DNA of 58,409 nt from a virus (Duplodnaviria > Caudoviricetes), in the IMG/VR virus record IMGVR_UViG_3300029319_000050, positions 1 to 58,409 of that record; one strand, given 5' to 3'. Below, piece after piece: positions 25,581 through 34,945 of the stretch (within the stretch, counting starts at the first letter, position 1; each line of letters begins with the position of its first letter). A model generated the notes under the pieces. That model made no database searches. It saw nothing but the letters and a program-made list of their open reading frames with translations, and was not told the origin of the DNA. The translations under genes were made by a program, and so were the position numbers.

Positions 25581-25884
25581 AAGTTGTAAAGTCTTTATTA
25601 TTTAATGCTATCTTTACACCTTTTTCTTGTAACCATTGTTTAAATAAAACTTTAGCGTCTTGTTTAGCTTGGATTTCTGTTTTATATTCACGTGCTAATT
25701 TTCTGCCTGCATAGTAATCACCACCACTAATCCTACAACAACTAATTATTTGATGTACTCTTTGTTTAGTTATATTGTATTGATTACCTATTTCTTCATA
25801 AGTTTTTCCTTGTTTATGAAGTTCATACATTTCTTTATATTGGTTGGCTTTAGTTATTCTTAGGTTTTCTTCTATTCCTTGCAT
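25573..25884 (-). CDS. HTH protein (sigma-70 region 4-like)
   Basis: GKTYEEIGNQYNITKQRVHQII. Confidence 0.75.
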   Translation of the reverse strand: MQGIEENLRITKANQYKEMYELHKQGKTYEEIGNQYNITKQRVHQIISCCRISGGDYYAGRKLAREYKTEIQAKQDAKVLFKQWLQEKGVKIALNNKDFTTYA

Positions 25885-25969
25885 TAGGTTTCTCCTTATT
25901 AAATATTTGATCCCAGTTAGACTCTATCTTTTTACGGTCTTCTGGTCTACGTTTTGATCCTTTGCTCAT
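25850..25969 (-). CDS. 39-aa basic peptide (not in the ORF track)
   Basis: GGAGA RBS; MSKGSKRRPEDRKKIESNWDQIF. Confidence 0.55.
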   Translation of the reverse strand: MSKGSKRRPEDRKKIESNWDQIFNKEKPNARNRRKPKNN

Positions 25970-26159
25970 TTTTCTCTCCGTAAGTTGTGCGTCTTTCAAC
26001 GTTCTTTGGTTTTGGTGTATAAACTAAAACAAACGCACCACAGTTTGGGCAACTTAAATTTGTTTCCATCACGTAATCTTCATCTTCCTCTATATCGTGA
26101 TCTCCACCCCATATAAGTTGTGTATTACAGTTCCAACAATTCACTTTATCTCTCCCCAA
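25947..26159 (-). CDS. Small zinc-ribbon protein
   Basis: CWNCNTQLIWGGDHD...TNLSCPNCGAFVLVY. Confidence 0.7.
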   Translation of the reverse strand: MGRDKVNCWNCNTQLIWGGDHDIEEDEDYVMETNLSCPNCGAFVLVYTPKPKNVERRTTYGEKNEQRIKT

Positions 26160-28000
26160 CTTGCTCCTACTTCCATATCTATTTCCATAGGCACCGTTAA
26201 ATTAACACAATTAATCATAGCTTCTTTAACTTTATCTTTTTGTTCTTCGGTTGCTAGAGAAAAATCTAGTTCATCGTGCACTTGTAATAATGGTATTATT
26301 CCTTGTTTACGTACCTCTAACATTGCTAACTTGGTCATATCTGCTGCTGAACCTTGAATTAATCTATTTAATGCTTTATATGTATATGCACGTTTTAATT
26401 CATTACCATATTTTTCTTCAGCCTTTTCCTTAGGTAATGGTGATACTTCATTAAAACTACCATTCGGTTCCCATAAATCAAACCTAGCTTTCCTACCACC
26501 TAATGTTTTTACATACCCTCTATCAGAACCTAACTTAGTACAATAATCCATAAGCCCTTTTATAAAAGGAACTTTAGTATGGTATTGAGATAGTAGCTCG
26601 TTACCTTCTTCCTCAGATACCCCTAGCTCGTTTATAAGCTTTTTAACACCCATCCCATACGTTAGCCCTAGATTAATATCTTTAGCTTGTTTGCGAGGTA
26701 TGCTTGCCATATCTGCTACGATTTGGTGGAAGTCAGCATTACCACTTAAATAACTTTCTACTGCTTGATCAGCCCCTGTCATTTTTAAACGACTAGCATA
26801 ATGGACAGTAATTCTTGGTTCTTGTTGGCTATAATCAAAACAACACCACTCTTCTCCATCTTCTGGAATAAATATCGAACGGATCATTGGACCTATTTCA
26901 GGATCTCTTGCAGGCACTTGTTGTAAGTTTGGATTAGAATAACTAAACCTACCTGTAACTGTACCACCTATCTCTGACCTAGAACTATGTGCTTCTGCAT
27001 GTATTCTACCGTTTACTTCATGGTCAAAGATCATTTTCTTTATAAAAGTGCCACCAGCTTTGTTATATTTACGAGCCTTAGCAATAGCTTTAGGTAGCTC
27101 GTGTTCGTGGTTTTCTAACCAATTAGCTTGGAAACTTGGTGAGCCTTTTTCAGTATATGGGTAATATAAATTAATTTTATCGAATGCTTTTTGTATAGAT
27201 GCGTTAGCCCATATATCCACTTCTACACCGTATTGTCTTTTGATATCTAATAAGATTGCTTGTTCTTTTACCGTAAGTTGTTGCATAATCTTTTCAGCTT
27301 TTTCTAGGTCAACCCTAACCCCAAGCATCCGCATTTCTATAACAAGCTTTACTATTTGCATTTCAGTATTAAAAGCTTTATCTAAGTTCTCATCAGATAT
27401 TTTAGTCTTTAATACTTTCCATAAATCTAACGTAAGTGCTGCATCTTGTGCAGCATAAGGTCCAACATATTTGGACGGTAACTTCCACATCTCACCTTTA
27501 TCTTTTAATCCATAAGCATTTAGTGCCTCGTCTAATAAGTTTTCATCTTTTTTATCACCACAATATTTTTCACCTAAATTATCTAGTGAATATGAAAAAG
27601 CATTTTCATCTAATAATGGTGCAGCAATAAGAGTATCTTTTATATCTCCTTTTACTTCAAAACCTTCAGATGTGAGCCACCCTAAATCGTATGCAGCGTT
27701 ATGAAATACTTTTGTATTATCTGCATCTAGTTGTTTTTTAAGCCACCTATAAACAATACCTTTATCTAAATTACCTCCACCAAGATGAGAGAAAGGAAGA
27801 TAAATACTTCCCTCCTCCCAAGCCACTGCAACACCTATTATCTCTCCATCTTTTCTAGCCCAACCTGATCCCTTAGTCCTCAAATTAGGGTCTCGAGTTT
27901 CTAAGTCTATACTGAACTCTCGACATCCAGTTAGGTTAGGTAGAGTTTCTGGGATAACCCAGTCTGTTGCAGGGCTAAACAGTGTCTTCTGTAGGCTCAC
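26141..28000 (-). CDS. polA: DNA polymerase family A (3'-5' exonuclease plus polymerase)
   Basis: Exo I DLET, Exo II HNAAYD, Exo III YAAQD; TGRFS..NPNLQQVP; motif A DYSQQEPR, B RKQAKDINLGLTYG, C QVHDEL. Confidence 0.95.
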   Translation of the reverse strand: MSLQKTLFSPATDWVIPETLPNLTGCREFSIDLETRDPNLRTKGSGWARKDGEIIGVAVAWEEGSIYLPFSHLGGGNLDKGIVYRWLKKQLDADNTKVFHNAAYDLGWLTSEGFEVKGDIKDTLIAAPLLDENAFSYSLDNLGEKYCGDKKDENLLDEALNAYGLKDKGEMWKLPSKYVGPYAAQDAALTLDLWKVLKTKISDENLDKAFNTEMQIVKLVIEMRMLGVRVDLEKAEKIMQQLTVKEQAILLDIKRQYGVEVDIWANASIQKAFDKINLYYPYTEKGSPSFQANWLENHEHELPKAIAKARKYNKAGGTFIKKMIFDHEVNGRIHAEAHSSRSEIGGTVTGRFSYSNPNLQQVPARDPEIGPMIRSIFIPEDGEEWCCFDYSQQEPRITVHYASRLKMTGADQAVESYLSGNADFHQIVADMASIPRKQAKDINLGLTYGMGVKKLINELGVSEEEGNELLSQYHTKVPFIKGLMDYCTKLGSDRGYVKTLGGRKARFDLWEPNGSFNEVSPLPKEKAEEKYGNELKRAYTYKALNRLIQGSAADMTKLAMLEVRKQGIIPLLQVHDELDFSLATEEQKDKVKEAMINCVNLTVPMEIDMEVGASWGEIK

Positions 28001-28304
28001 TTAGTTTATCCTTAGCAAGTTGGTCGAATATATGCGACTCTACTAATAAGAGGTATCGTCTAAGATCACCAATATCGTCTAATATACCGTCTGCACTAGG
28101 GTCTTGTAGGGCAGTCTCAAAGACATCGTAACCAAGCTTTTTAACTTGGTTCTCTATCCTATCCCACTTGCGAGCTAACATCATGAAAGCACCTACACCA
28201 CCACGTTGTTTCCAACTTGTACCGTAAGACTGCTCAGCAACTTTTAGGGCTTCTACATCACCCCATGCAAGGTCTTCCATTAGCTTATAATTATTACCAC
28301 TCAT
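27975..28304 (-). CDS. All-alpha NTP pyrophosphatase-like protein (Nmad1/DUF1599-like)
   Basis: SYGTSWKQRG...RKWDRIEN...ILDDIGDLRRYLLL; adjacent to the hydroxymethylase. Confidence 0.65.
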   Translation of the reverse strand: MSGNNYKLMEDLAWGDVEALKVAEQSYGTSWKQRGGVGAFMMLARKWDRIENQVKKLGYDVFETALQDPSADGILDDIGDLRRYLLLVESHIFDQLAKDKLSEPTEDTV

Positions 28305-29335
28305 TTATCTCTCCTCTTAATATAAAGTACACAAGCCTCTCTCCAATCTTTTTGTATGATTGTTTCAGCCATTTCTAAAGCGTTTTGTTTTTCCCCACTC
28401 TTATATAAGTTCCAACTTTTAATAATAGGTATAGCAACACGTTCTAAGAATGGGTTATTAAATTTATAATCGTTACGGTAATCACCGTCCATTACAAACT
28501 TTAATTCTCTATCAAAAGTTGTTTTATCTTTTACTAAAGGTATAGTCTGCTCATGTAGAAGCTGTGCAACCTTAGTATCATTAAATCTAGTTAAACTAGT
28601 TATTGGGTTAATAGTAGAAACTTTATCTTTCCATATTGGGTAATCTATATAGATGTGTAAATTATCTGTAAAGTGATAATAAGCACCTACTTTTACACCA
28701 ATCATTGCTGCCATATATTCATGTAATACACTAAAGTGAACCATGTTAGCACCAAAACAACCCCATATTAAATCGTTAGACCTGTTAGTTACAGTCATAC
28801 GTAAAGCACCGTCTCTAATTTTAAAATAGATTTGGGTGTTACAAGGAACATCTTTACCTTTACCGTCAAGATGATTTAAATCTTGTTCTGTACCCCACAT
28901 CTGTAATACACAACGTCTATCATCTGGATTTCTTTTTAACATATTTATAATTACTTGTAGTTGGTCTTTACCAAACATCCACCTCCACCTATAACCATAA
29001 GCACCCCATAAACTAATCCCATCATCACTGAACTCACGCATACGAGGTACAAAATGTTCCATAGAAGATAAATCTCCACGACCTGCTAACATCCATAAAC
29101 TTTCAGCTAAATGGAAAAAAGGATTACAATCCCTTACAGAATCTGCTAATACTCTTACCGTTGGGTATTGGTATTTAATTAAGATAGGATCTTTTAGTTC
29201 CCAAACTTTACCGTTGCGACTATCGTATTCAATGTAATTAATATCAGAACCAAATAAATCTAATCCTTTATAAAACGCATCGTTTACATTAAACGCTGTT
29301 ATCGTATGCATATTTACTCCTTGTTCTTCCTTCAC
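28301..29335 (-). CDS. Thymidylate-synthase-fold dUMP hydroxymethylase
   Basis: NPFFHLAESLWMLAGR, GAYGYRWR, DRRCVLQMW, catalytic PCN, RSND, Asn specificity residue (GAN, dUMP), NLHIY; adjacent to a 5-hmdU kinase. Confidence 0.85.
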   Translation of the reverse strand: MKEEQGVNMHTITAFNVNDAFYKGLDLFGSDINYIEYDSRNGKVWELKDPILIKYQYPTVRVLADSVRDCNPFFHLAESLWMLAGRGDLSSMEHFVPRMREFSDDGISLWGAYGYRWRWMFGKDQLQVIINMLKRNPDDRRCVLQMWGTEQDLNHLDGKGKDVPCNTQIYFKIRDGALRMTVTNRSNDLIWGCFGANMVHFSVLHEYMAAMIGVKVGAYYHFTDNLHIYIDYPIWKDKVSTINPITSLTRFNDTKVAQLLHEQTIPLVKDKTTFDRELKFVMDGDYRNDYKFNNPFLERVAIPIIKSWNLYKSGEKQNALEMAETIIQKDWREACVLYIKRRDK

Positions 29336-30158
29336 CTTTTAATATCCTTGAGTATTTATCAAACTCACATAAACCACCTTCTACTTCTCTAAGTTCAAAG
29401 TTATGTCTATTAGAATTCATAATATGTATAGGTAATCTTTCTTTACATATTTCAAATAACTCTCTCATCTCACCCACCCAATCATTAGACTTTCTTGTAT
29501 AATCAAGTGGTCTACCTGTTAACCTGTTAAGTCCACGCATAGCTCCTGGACCAGCATTAGCCCAAGTCAATCTATCTTTAGCATCTTTACCAAACATAGT
29601 AAAACTCAAATCAGTAACTACCTCATATGCCATAAATGGACCTTGATAAGGAAAGGTTCGTAAGTAACTCCACATACCTTCTAAAGAGTTTTTATGTTTA
29701 TGAGCTTCTTCAAGTATTTCATCTTTTCTACCCCACATATAATTTATACATCGGATAATACCTTGTAGCTTATCTAAACCGTCAGGGCTTTTAATTACAT
29801 ATGCACCAGTAATCCATTGATCTTGTTTTCTAATTTGTACATCGGCAATCAAGGGATCCCAGTCTGTTAATAAATCGTATTTAACTAAAGTCTTACCTGT
29901 TTTAATTAAATTAAACCACCTAAAGATAACAGTTGCCATAAAAATATCCTCTGTGTTACCTAAAGGCTCACGGACATTTTCTATATACCACCTGCTAGTT
30001 CTATCGTCGTTACGAAATACTTGACAGAATTTATATTCTTTTAGTATTTCGTCTTCAGTCCAAGGGGGATCAGAACCTTCTTCTTCTTTTTTGACTCTGA
30101 TCCTTTCCCTTTCGTTTATCCAATAGATATACCTATCTAATTCCTCCTCGATAAACAT
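29289..30158 (-). CDS. 5-hydroxymethyl-dU DNA kinase (aGPT-Pplase1 family)
   Basis: WINERERIR...PPWTEDEILKEYKFCQVFRNDDRTSRW...FRWFN...GPFMAYEVVTDL...GPGAMRGL...EGGLCEFDKY. Confidence 0.85.
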   Translation of the reverse strand: MFIEEELDRYIYWINERERIRVKKEEEGSDPPWTEDEILKEYKFCQVFRNDDRTSRWYIENVREPLGNTEDIFMATVIFRWFNLIKTGKTLVKYDLLTDWDPLIADVQIRKQDQWITGAYVIKSPDGLDKLQGIIRCINYMWGRKDEILEEAHKHKNSLEGMWSYLRTFPYQGPFMAYEVVTDLSFTMFGKDAKDRLTWANAGPGAMRGLNRLTGRPLDYTRKSNDWVGEMRELFEICKERLPIHIMNSNRHNFELREVEGGLCEFDKYSRILKGEGRTRSKYAYDNSV

Positions 30159-30997
30159 TACTTAGTTAATCTCCAAAAACAGTTATTAGATGTTTCAGGA
30201 TAAAATGTTGCGGCTGCAACTCTTAAAAACTGTCTACCGAACCTTTCTTCTAACATACTAAGTTGTTCAGGTGTCCAAATTTGTTTTGCACGTTGTGCTT
30301 GGTTGAACCTACGCATCTGTGTAAAGACACCTACTACAGACTCTAATTGAAAATACCTTTCTAATAAGTCCTTTAGTTCTTGAAAGCCCCACTCGTAAAT
30401 ATGGTCTTCTGGTAATTTATCATTAGAACCATCGTGGTTAGGTGTAGATATAAATACTGTTCCACCCTTTTTAACAACTCTGCTAAGTTCTGCAATCCAA
30501 GGCTCTACAGCTTCTCTAGGCATATGTTCTATAACTTCTGTAGACCAAGCTACGTCTATAGATTCGTTATTATGGGGTAGGATAGGATCAACACTAACGT
30601 CTTTAATTTCCAAAGTAGCGTTAAAGTTTTTCAACCATGTAGTTTCGTCAAGATGACAACCGTTACCTGACCAATATTGTATTTCCTGAAATGATGCAGG
30701 ATCGATATCGTATCCATAATATGAAGATATAACATCAGACTTTTTAACTACATATGATTTATATAAAGTCCTCAGTACCCAAACTTCACCACACCCAATC
30801 TCTAACGTATCTAACGGTCTACCTTGACGTTTAGATTCGTCTATTAAGAATGATGCAATCTTTTCAAACCTAGACATATGAGCAATCTCATCAGGTCTAA
30901 AGTTCGCAAAAACTCCTGCATGAGCAATATTCATACGAGTATTTTTACAATCGTTTGGATTTTCCTCCGCAGTTAACTTTTTTCTAATACTTGGCAT
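30158..30997 (-). CDS. Class I SAM-dependent methyltransferase (small-molecule / O-methyltransferase type)
   Basis: Motif I LEIGCGE, motif II YGYDID, STEVIEHM, KKGGTVFISTPN; no DPPY/NPPY or PC motif. Confidence 0.85.
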   Translation of the reverse strand: MPSIRKKLTAEENPNDCKNTRMNIAHAGVFANFRPDEIAHMSRFEKIASFLIDESKRQGRPLDTLEIGCGEVWVLRTLYKSYVVKKSDVISSYYGYDIDPASFQEIQYWSGNGCHLDETTWLKNFNATLEIKDVSVDPILPHNNESIDVAWSTEVIEHMPREAVEPWIAELSRVVKKGGTVFISTPNHDGSNDKLPEDHIYEWGFQELKDLLERYFQLESVVGVFTQMRRFNQAQRAKQIWTPEQLSMLEERFGRQFLRVAAATFYPETSNNCFWRLTK

Positions 30998-31054
30998 AAG
31001 CTTCTCCTTTCTTGTTTACTTTTAAGTATAGATTATATATTACAAAAAACCTCT

Positions 31055-32572
31055 TTACAAGTCAAAATACTTCCTAGTTGTAGGTTCAACTAAATAAAGA
31101 CGTTTCTTTGCCCTTGTCATACCGACATAAAAAACCCTAGTTTCATCGTCAGGATCTCGTTGGTAACTATTAAAAACTTTATGTGTCATATCTGTTAGTA
31201 GTATTACGTTATCAGCCTCTGCTCCTTTTGCTGCATGTATAGTCGATATACGTATACGTGGTTGTTTTAATACCTTCTCTCCTCGTCTTAGCATAGCTTG
31301 TAGATAACTTCTCTCTGTTATAGAGATCATATCTAAAGAATCGAACCACTTAGCTGTAGGTAACTTACCCACTATACCTTCTATATAAGTTCTATCTACT
31401 AATTGTTCCCCTTCAAATAACTTTAATTGTCTTTTAGGCACTTGTTTTATATATCGCAAAAAAGTACCACATTCTTGCATAGTAAGTTTTTCACCTTTAT
31501 GAAACCTTTGCCAATTACGTACACCCTCTAATTTAATCCCTGTAATACTTGGGCTACCTTTTACTTCAAAAAACCAACCCTCGTGTCTACAATGGTCTAT
31601 AACGTTTTGTAATAAATAATTTGTTCTACCTAAAACAAGCCATGTACCGTCACTCATATCTATATGTTCAAACCCTCGTTCCCAACTAACTTCACCTTGA
31701 TCTTCTTTTGGGTTCCAAGATTTAGCTACTCTTTTAGATAATCTACCGATAGTTTTTCGAGCTAATTCGTGTACTGATTTAGGTATCCTATAACTTTGTT
31801 CTAGTACCTTTGCGTTCTTACAATTACTAATAAGATAATCTACATCAGCTCCTGCCCATTTATAAATAGCTTGATCGTCATCACCTGCTATATATACTTT
31901 ATGACTGCCTTCTATAATTTTACGTACCACTGCCCATTGCAAAGGACTTAAATCTTGTGCTTCATCTATAAATAAAGCATCAAGTTTAGGTGCATAACCT
32001 CTTTGTAAAAAGAAATCTAACATATCAGTATAATCGTATAATCTCCTAGACTTCTTATAGGCTTCGTACCCTCTACTAAATCTATCTAAAGCATACCAAT
32101 TAACTGCATCTTCTACTTCATGCCATAAATCTTCTAATGGTATTTTACGCATTCTTGCTAGGTTATCTATAAACATCAACCTATCGTCTTTAGTCATACT
32201 ATAAATACTTCCGTCTTCTGTACTTTGAGAACCTGTTAATTTTATATTTAATTTTTCGTTTAGTTCTATAAGGTGAGTACGTTCAAATACATCTTCTTTA
32301 TTTAAACCTAGTTGATGAAAACTTAATGAATGCAATGTTTTAAAATAAGGTAAATCTTTTTTAGATAATTCAAACTTATGCATTGCTCTCTCCATACCCT
32401 CGTTTACAGCTCGTTTAGTAAACGTAAAGAAACCAATCTTATCTGGAGATACTCCACTATCTAGTTCATTTTCTATGAGCTGTAATAACGTTGATGTCTT
32501 CCCAGTTCCTGGAGGTCCAAGAATCACCTGTGTTTTATCAGGTAGCATTTGTTTTCTTAGCTGGGGATACAA
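31055..32572 (-). CDS. UvrD/Rep superfamily 1 helicase
   Basis: GPPGTGKT, FTFTKRA, TLHS, IDEAQD, GDDDQAIY, QSYRIP, STIHAAKGAEAD, YVGMTRAK; start probably MLPDK. Confidence 0.92.
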   Translation of the reverse strand: MYPQLRKQMLPDKTQVILGPPGTGKTSTLLQLIENELDSGVSPDKIGFFTFTKRAVNEGMERAMHKFELSKKDLPYFKTLHSLSFHQLGLNKEDVFERTHLIELNEKLNIKLTGSQSTEDGSIYSMTKDDRLMFIDNLARMRKIPLEDLWHEVEDAVNWYALDRFSRGYEAYKKSRRLYDYTDMLDFFLQRGYAPKLDALFIDEAQDLSPLQWAVVRKIIEGSHKVYIAGDDDQAIYKWAGADVDYLISNCKNAKVLEQSYRIPKSVHELARKTIGRLSKRVAKSWNPKEDQGEVSWERGFEHIDMSDGTWLVLGRTNYLLQNVIDHCRHEGWFFEVKGSPSITGIKLEGVRNWQRFHKGEKLTMQECGTFLRYIKQVPKRQLKLFEGEQLVDRTYIEGIVGKLPTAKWFDSLDMISITERSYLQAMLRRGEKVLKQPRIRISTIHAAKGAEADNVILLTDMTHKVFNSYQRDPDDETRVFYVGMTRAKKRLYLVEPTTRKYFDL

Positions 32573-32729
32573 CCTCTATGTGCCATATCTCACCTCGTTC
32601 TAATGCTTTCTTAGCCTCTACTTTAAGTTCATCTAAAGTTTTTTCCATAACGTTTTCACAATATATAACTACCTTCATATAATCAAGGTTTTGTTTTTGT
32701 GATAAATTTATTTCTACTTTCTCTTTCAT
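32538..32729 (-). CDS. Hypothetical protein
   Basis: Short ORF coupled to its neighbours. Confidence 0.6.
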   Translation of the reverse strand: MKEKVEINLSQKQNLDYMKVVIYCENVMEKTLDELKVEAKKALERGEIWHIEVVSPAKKTNAT

Positions 32730-33310
32730 ATTCCTGTTCTAAATGTTAAATTAATCCTATCACCTATGGGTGGCACAGTATCTAAAATAGCATGGGTACT
32801 GTTCATTTGACTCTTACCGTCAAAAATAAGTACGTCACCGTCTTCTAATATGTATTGTTTTGTACGTATAATATTTAACATAGCAGTATTAATTACACTA
32901 GTGTTACTAGTTCTTTTAATATATTTTTCGTAAGTTCGCCACTCGAATACTCTAGGCGAACCGAAAGATACAGAAGCAACTAAATCTTTTTGTGTAGGCA
33001 CTGTATCAGAATGGTGGGGTATACCTTTACCATTATTGTCGTAATAGCCACATAAACAAAAATTAAATTTAACTTCTTTACCTAACTCTCTTTTAATTAA
33101 AGTTTGTAAATTATCTCTAATATAAATCATAGGTTGAGTCCATGGATCAGGATCATAATCCCTTCCTGCATAACTAAACTGTTTATCACCAAAAGCTCTA
33201 GTAGGTCTACCCATAACTTTTTTCCCGTCATACTCTCTAAGTTTAGGTCTATCCCATTTCTGTATTAAAGGGCTATATCCCCCCATACCTTCTTTAATAA
33301 ATTTAATCAT
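32726..33310 (-). CDS. AlkB-family 2OG-Fe(II) dioxygenase
   Basis: FNFCLCGYY..GKGIPHHSD...VASVSFGSPRVF...LEDGDVLIF...THAI...RINLTFR (HxD...H...RxxxxxR). Confidence 0.88.
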   Translation of the reverse strand: MIKFIKEGMGGYSPLIQKWDRPKLREYDGKKVMGRPTRAFGDKQFSYAGRDYDPDPWTQPMIYIRDNLQTLIKRELGKEVKFNFCLCGYYDNNGKGIPHHSDTVPTQKDLVASVSFGSPRVFEWRTYEKYIKRTSNTSVINTAMLNIIRTKQYILEDGDVLIFDGKSQMNSTHAILDTVPPIGDRINLTFRTGI

Positions 33311-33413
33311 CTTTATTTATATCCTTATTAAATATTTTATTAGCTTGTTTTTGAAAAGATATTTCTATCCATCTATCTATAACTCTACGTACCCACTTTC
33401 TAATTTTACCCAC
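33303..33413 (-). CDS. 36-aa basic peptide (not in the ORF track)
   Basis: GTG start overlapping the upstream stop, GAGGA RBS; fills the gap. Confidence 0.45.
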   Translation of the reverse strand: MGKIRKWVRRVIDRWIEISFQKQANKIFNKDINKDD

Positions 33414-34942
33414 TAAATTTCTTCCTCGATATCTGTTATATCTTTAGGTATAGCAAAAACTTCATTCTGTGTTTGAAACTCAGGTACATACCATACGTTT
33501 GTACCTTTACCTTTGATATTAAAAAAGTGCGATCCACCTCCCATTTGTCTTAGCTTAGATGTAATTTTATTACGTGCATATTCTTTAAAACCATTCCGTG
33601 TTAAATAATCTACTAAATCACTAACCCTAAAATATGTCTTACTTGCATCAGTCCAAGGTTTATGTAAAAGTATTTCATCACGTTCCCTTGCAGGTCTTTC
33701 TGTACAAAACGTTTCTAGTAGTTCTTTAAAGTGACCTTCATTAGATGCATCGTCTGGCATTTCTATTACAGTTAATGTATCTAAGAGTTGTTGTATAAGT
33801 TGCCTCCATACATTATCTTTTACTTTAGGTGGTATAACGTTTAGTGCATCCATACACTTTCTTTGAAATCTATTTTGATTTAATAAGTCGTCAGTTTCTA
33901 ACTCTAATCTACCACCCTCAACATCTAAAAACCATATAGGTGGATCACTGTTTTGTTTAGTTAAATTACTAAACTGTGGTGTACCACCTGATGAACCAAT
34001 ACCAAACTTCCTAGTTCTACAAACTGTTGAATTACAATGTCCAGCAATAGGCTGATCATTACATCTATAAAAGTAATCTTTTTTAGCAACTTGTTTAATT
34101 ACAGTTAAAACTTCTTGTGCCACTAACGGTGGCGACATATTAGTCATATTAACTTGTTCTAATCTTTTTTCCCAATCGTCTTCGTATTTCTTTCTTAGGA
34201 ACACCCCTACATTAAATAATCCAGAGTTCCTAGTTCCTTTAGGAAAGCCCTGTGTAATAAGATGCTGTAAACAAGGTGGGGCTTGGTCTAACCATTCTTC
34301 ACTTTGCGATGCCTCTACTACATATTCTTCTAGTTCTTTAGCTGTTATAGTTTTTTCACTTGCATAATTTATAAATTCTTCAGGTGTTAGTGCAACTCCA
34401 GATTTACCATAAGCATATCTTGTAGAGTCCTCTCCACCAAAATATGGCATATTTAATGCACTGCCTTTATCGCCCCTTTCTAATAATAGTTTTGTTTGTT
34501 TTGGAAATATTTCTGCTTGCCCATAACCAAGACAAGCAGCAATATCTTTTAACTTCTTTTGCATTAATGCTGCTGGAACAGGATCGAATACAAATAAGAA
34601 TATATGTGCTCCACCACTTTTACTACGACATAAAACCAAAGGTAGTTTCATTTGGTGAAGTCTTTTTGCGAGTTTCTTTAGATCGATAGTAAAGTCATCT
34701 ACATCAACAGCACCCCAATTACAGCAATTATCTTCATTAATCGGTACAATACCAATCGAAGTTTTACCGTCAAGGTGCTGTTGCCACAAGTCTTTTAATC
34801 TGTTTTCAGTTAGTTGTTCTGAAACAGTTACAACCTTGCCACCTACTTTACCGTCATCTCTAAGTTCAGACGTTTGTGTAAATTTACCATATGCCTGCTT
34901 TAGCCCTGCAAAAAGTTTTGCATAATCTCGAGCTAAAGACAT
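33413..34942 (-). CDS. AEP-type primase / replication initiator
   Basis: WGAVDVDD (motif I), RSKSGGAHIFLF (motif II), EIFPKQ, PPCL...GTRNSGLF (PriCT-like), C-terminal winged helix. Confidence 0.75.
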   Translation of the reverse strand: MSLARDYAKLFAGLKQAYGKFTQTSELRDDGKVGGKVVTVSEQLTENRLKDLWQQHLDGKTSIGIVPINEDNCCNWGAVDVDDFTIDLKKLAKRLHQMKLPLVLCRSKSGGAHIFLFVFDPVPAALMQKKLKDIAACLGYGQAEIFPKQTKLLLERGDKGSALNMPYFGGEDSTRYAYGKSGVALTPEEFINYASEKTITAKELEEYVVEASQSEEWLDQAPPCLQHLITQGFPKGTRNSGLFNVGVFLRKKYEDDWEKRLEQVNMTNMSPPLVAQEVLTVIKQVAKKDYFYRCNDQPIAGHCNSTVCRTRKFGIGSSGGTPQFSNLTKQNSDPPIWFLDVEGGRLELETDDLLNQNRFQRKCMDALNVIPPKVKDNVWRQLIQQLLDTLTVIEMPDDASNEGHFKELLETFCTERPARERDEILLHKPWTDASKTYFRVSDLVDYLTRNGFKEYARNKITSKLRQMGGGSHFFNIKGKGTNVWYVPEFQTQNEVFAIPKDITDIEEEI

Positions 34943-34945
34943 AGC

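Noticed and set aside
28301-29335. Ordinary thyA or dCMP hydroxymethylase
   Set aside because: The Asn specificity residue indicates dUMP, and overlap with a 5-hmdU kinase gene favours hydroxymethylase; not proven biochemically
30158-30997. Restriction-modification DNA methyltransferase
   Set aside because: Lacks DPPY/NPPY/SPPY and PC/ENV catalytic motifs
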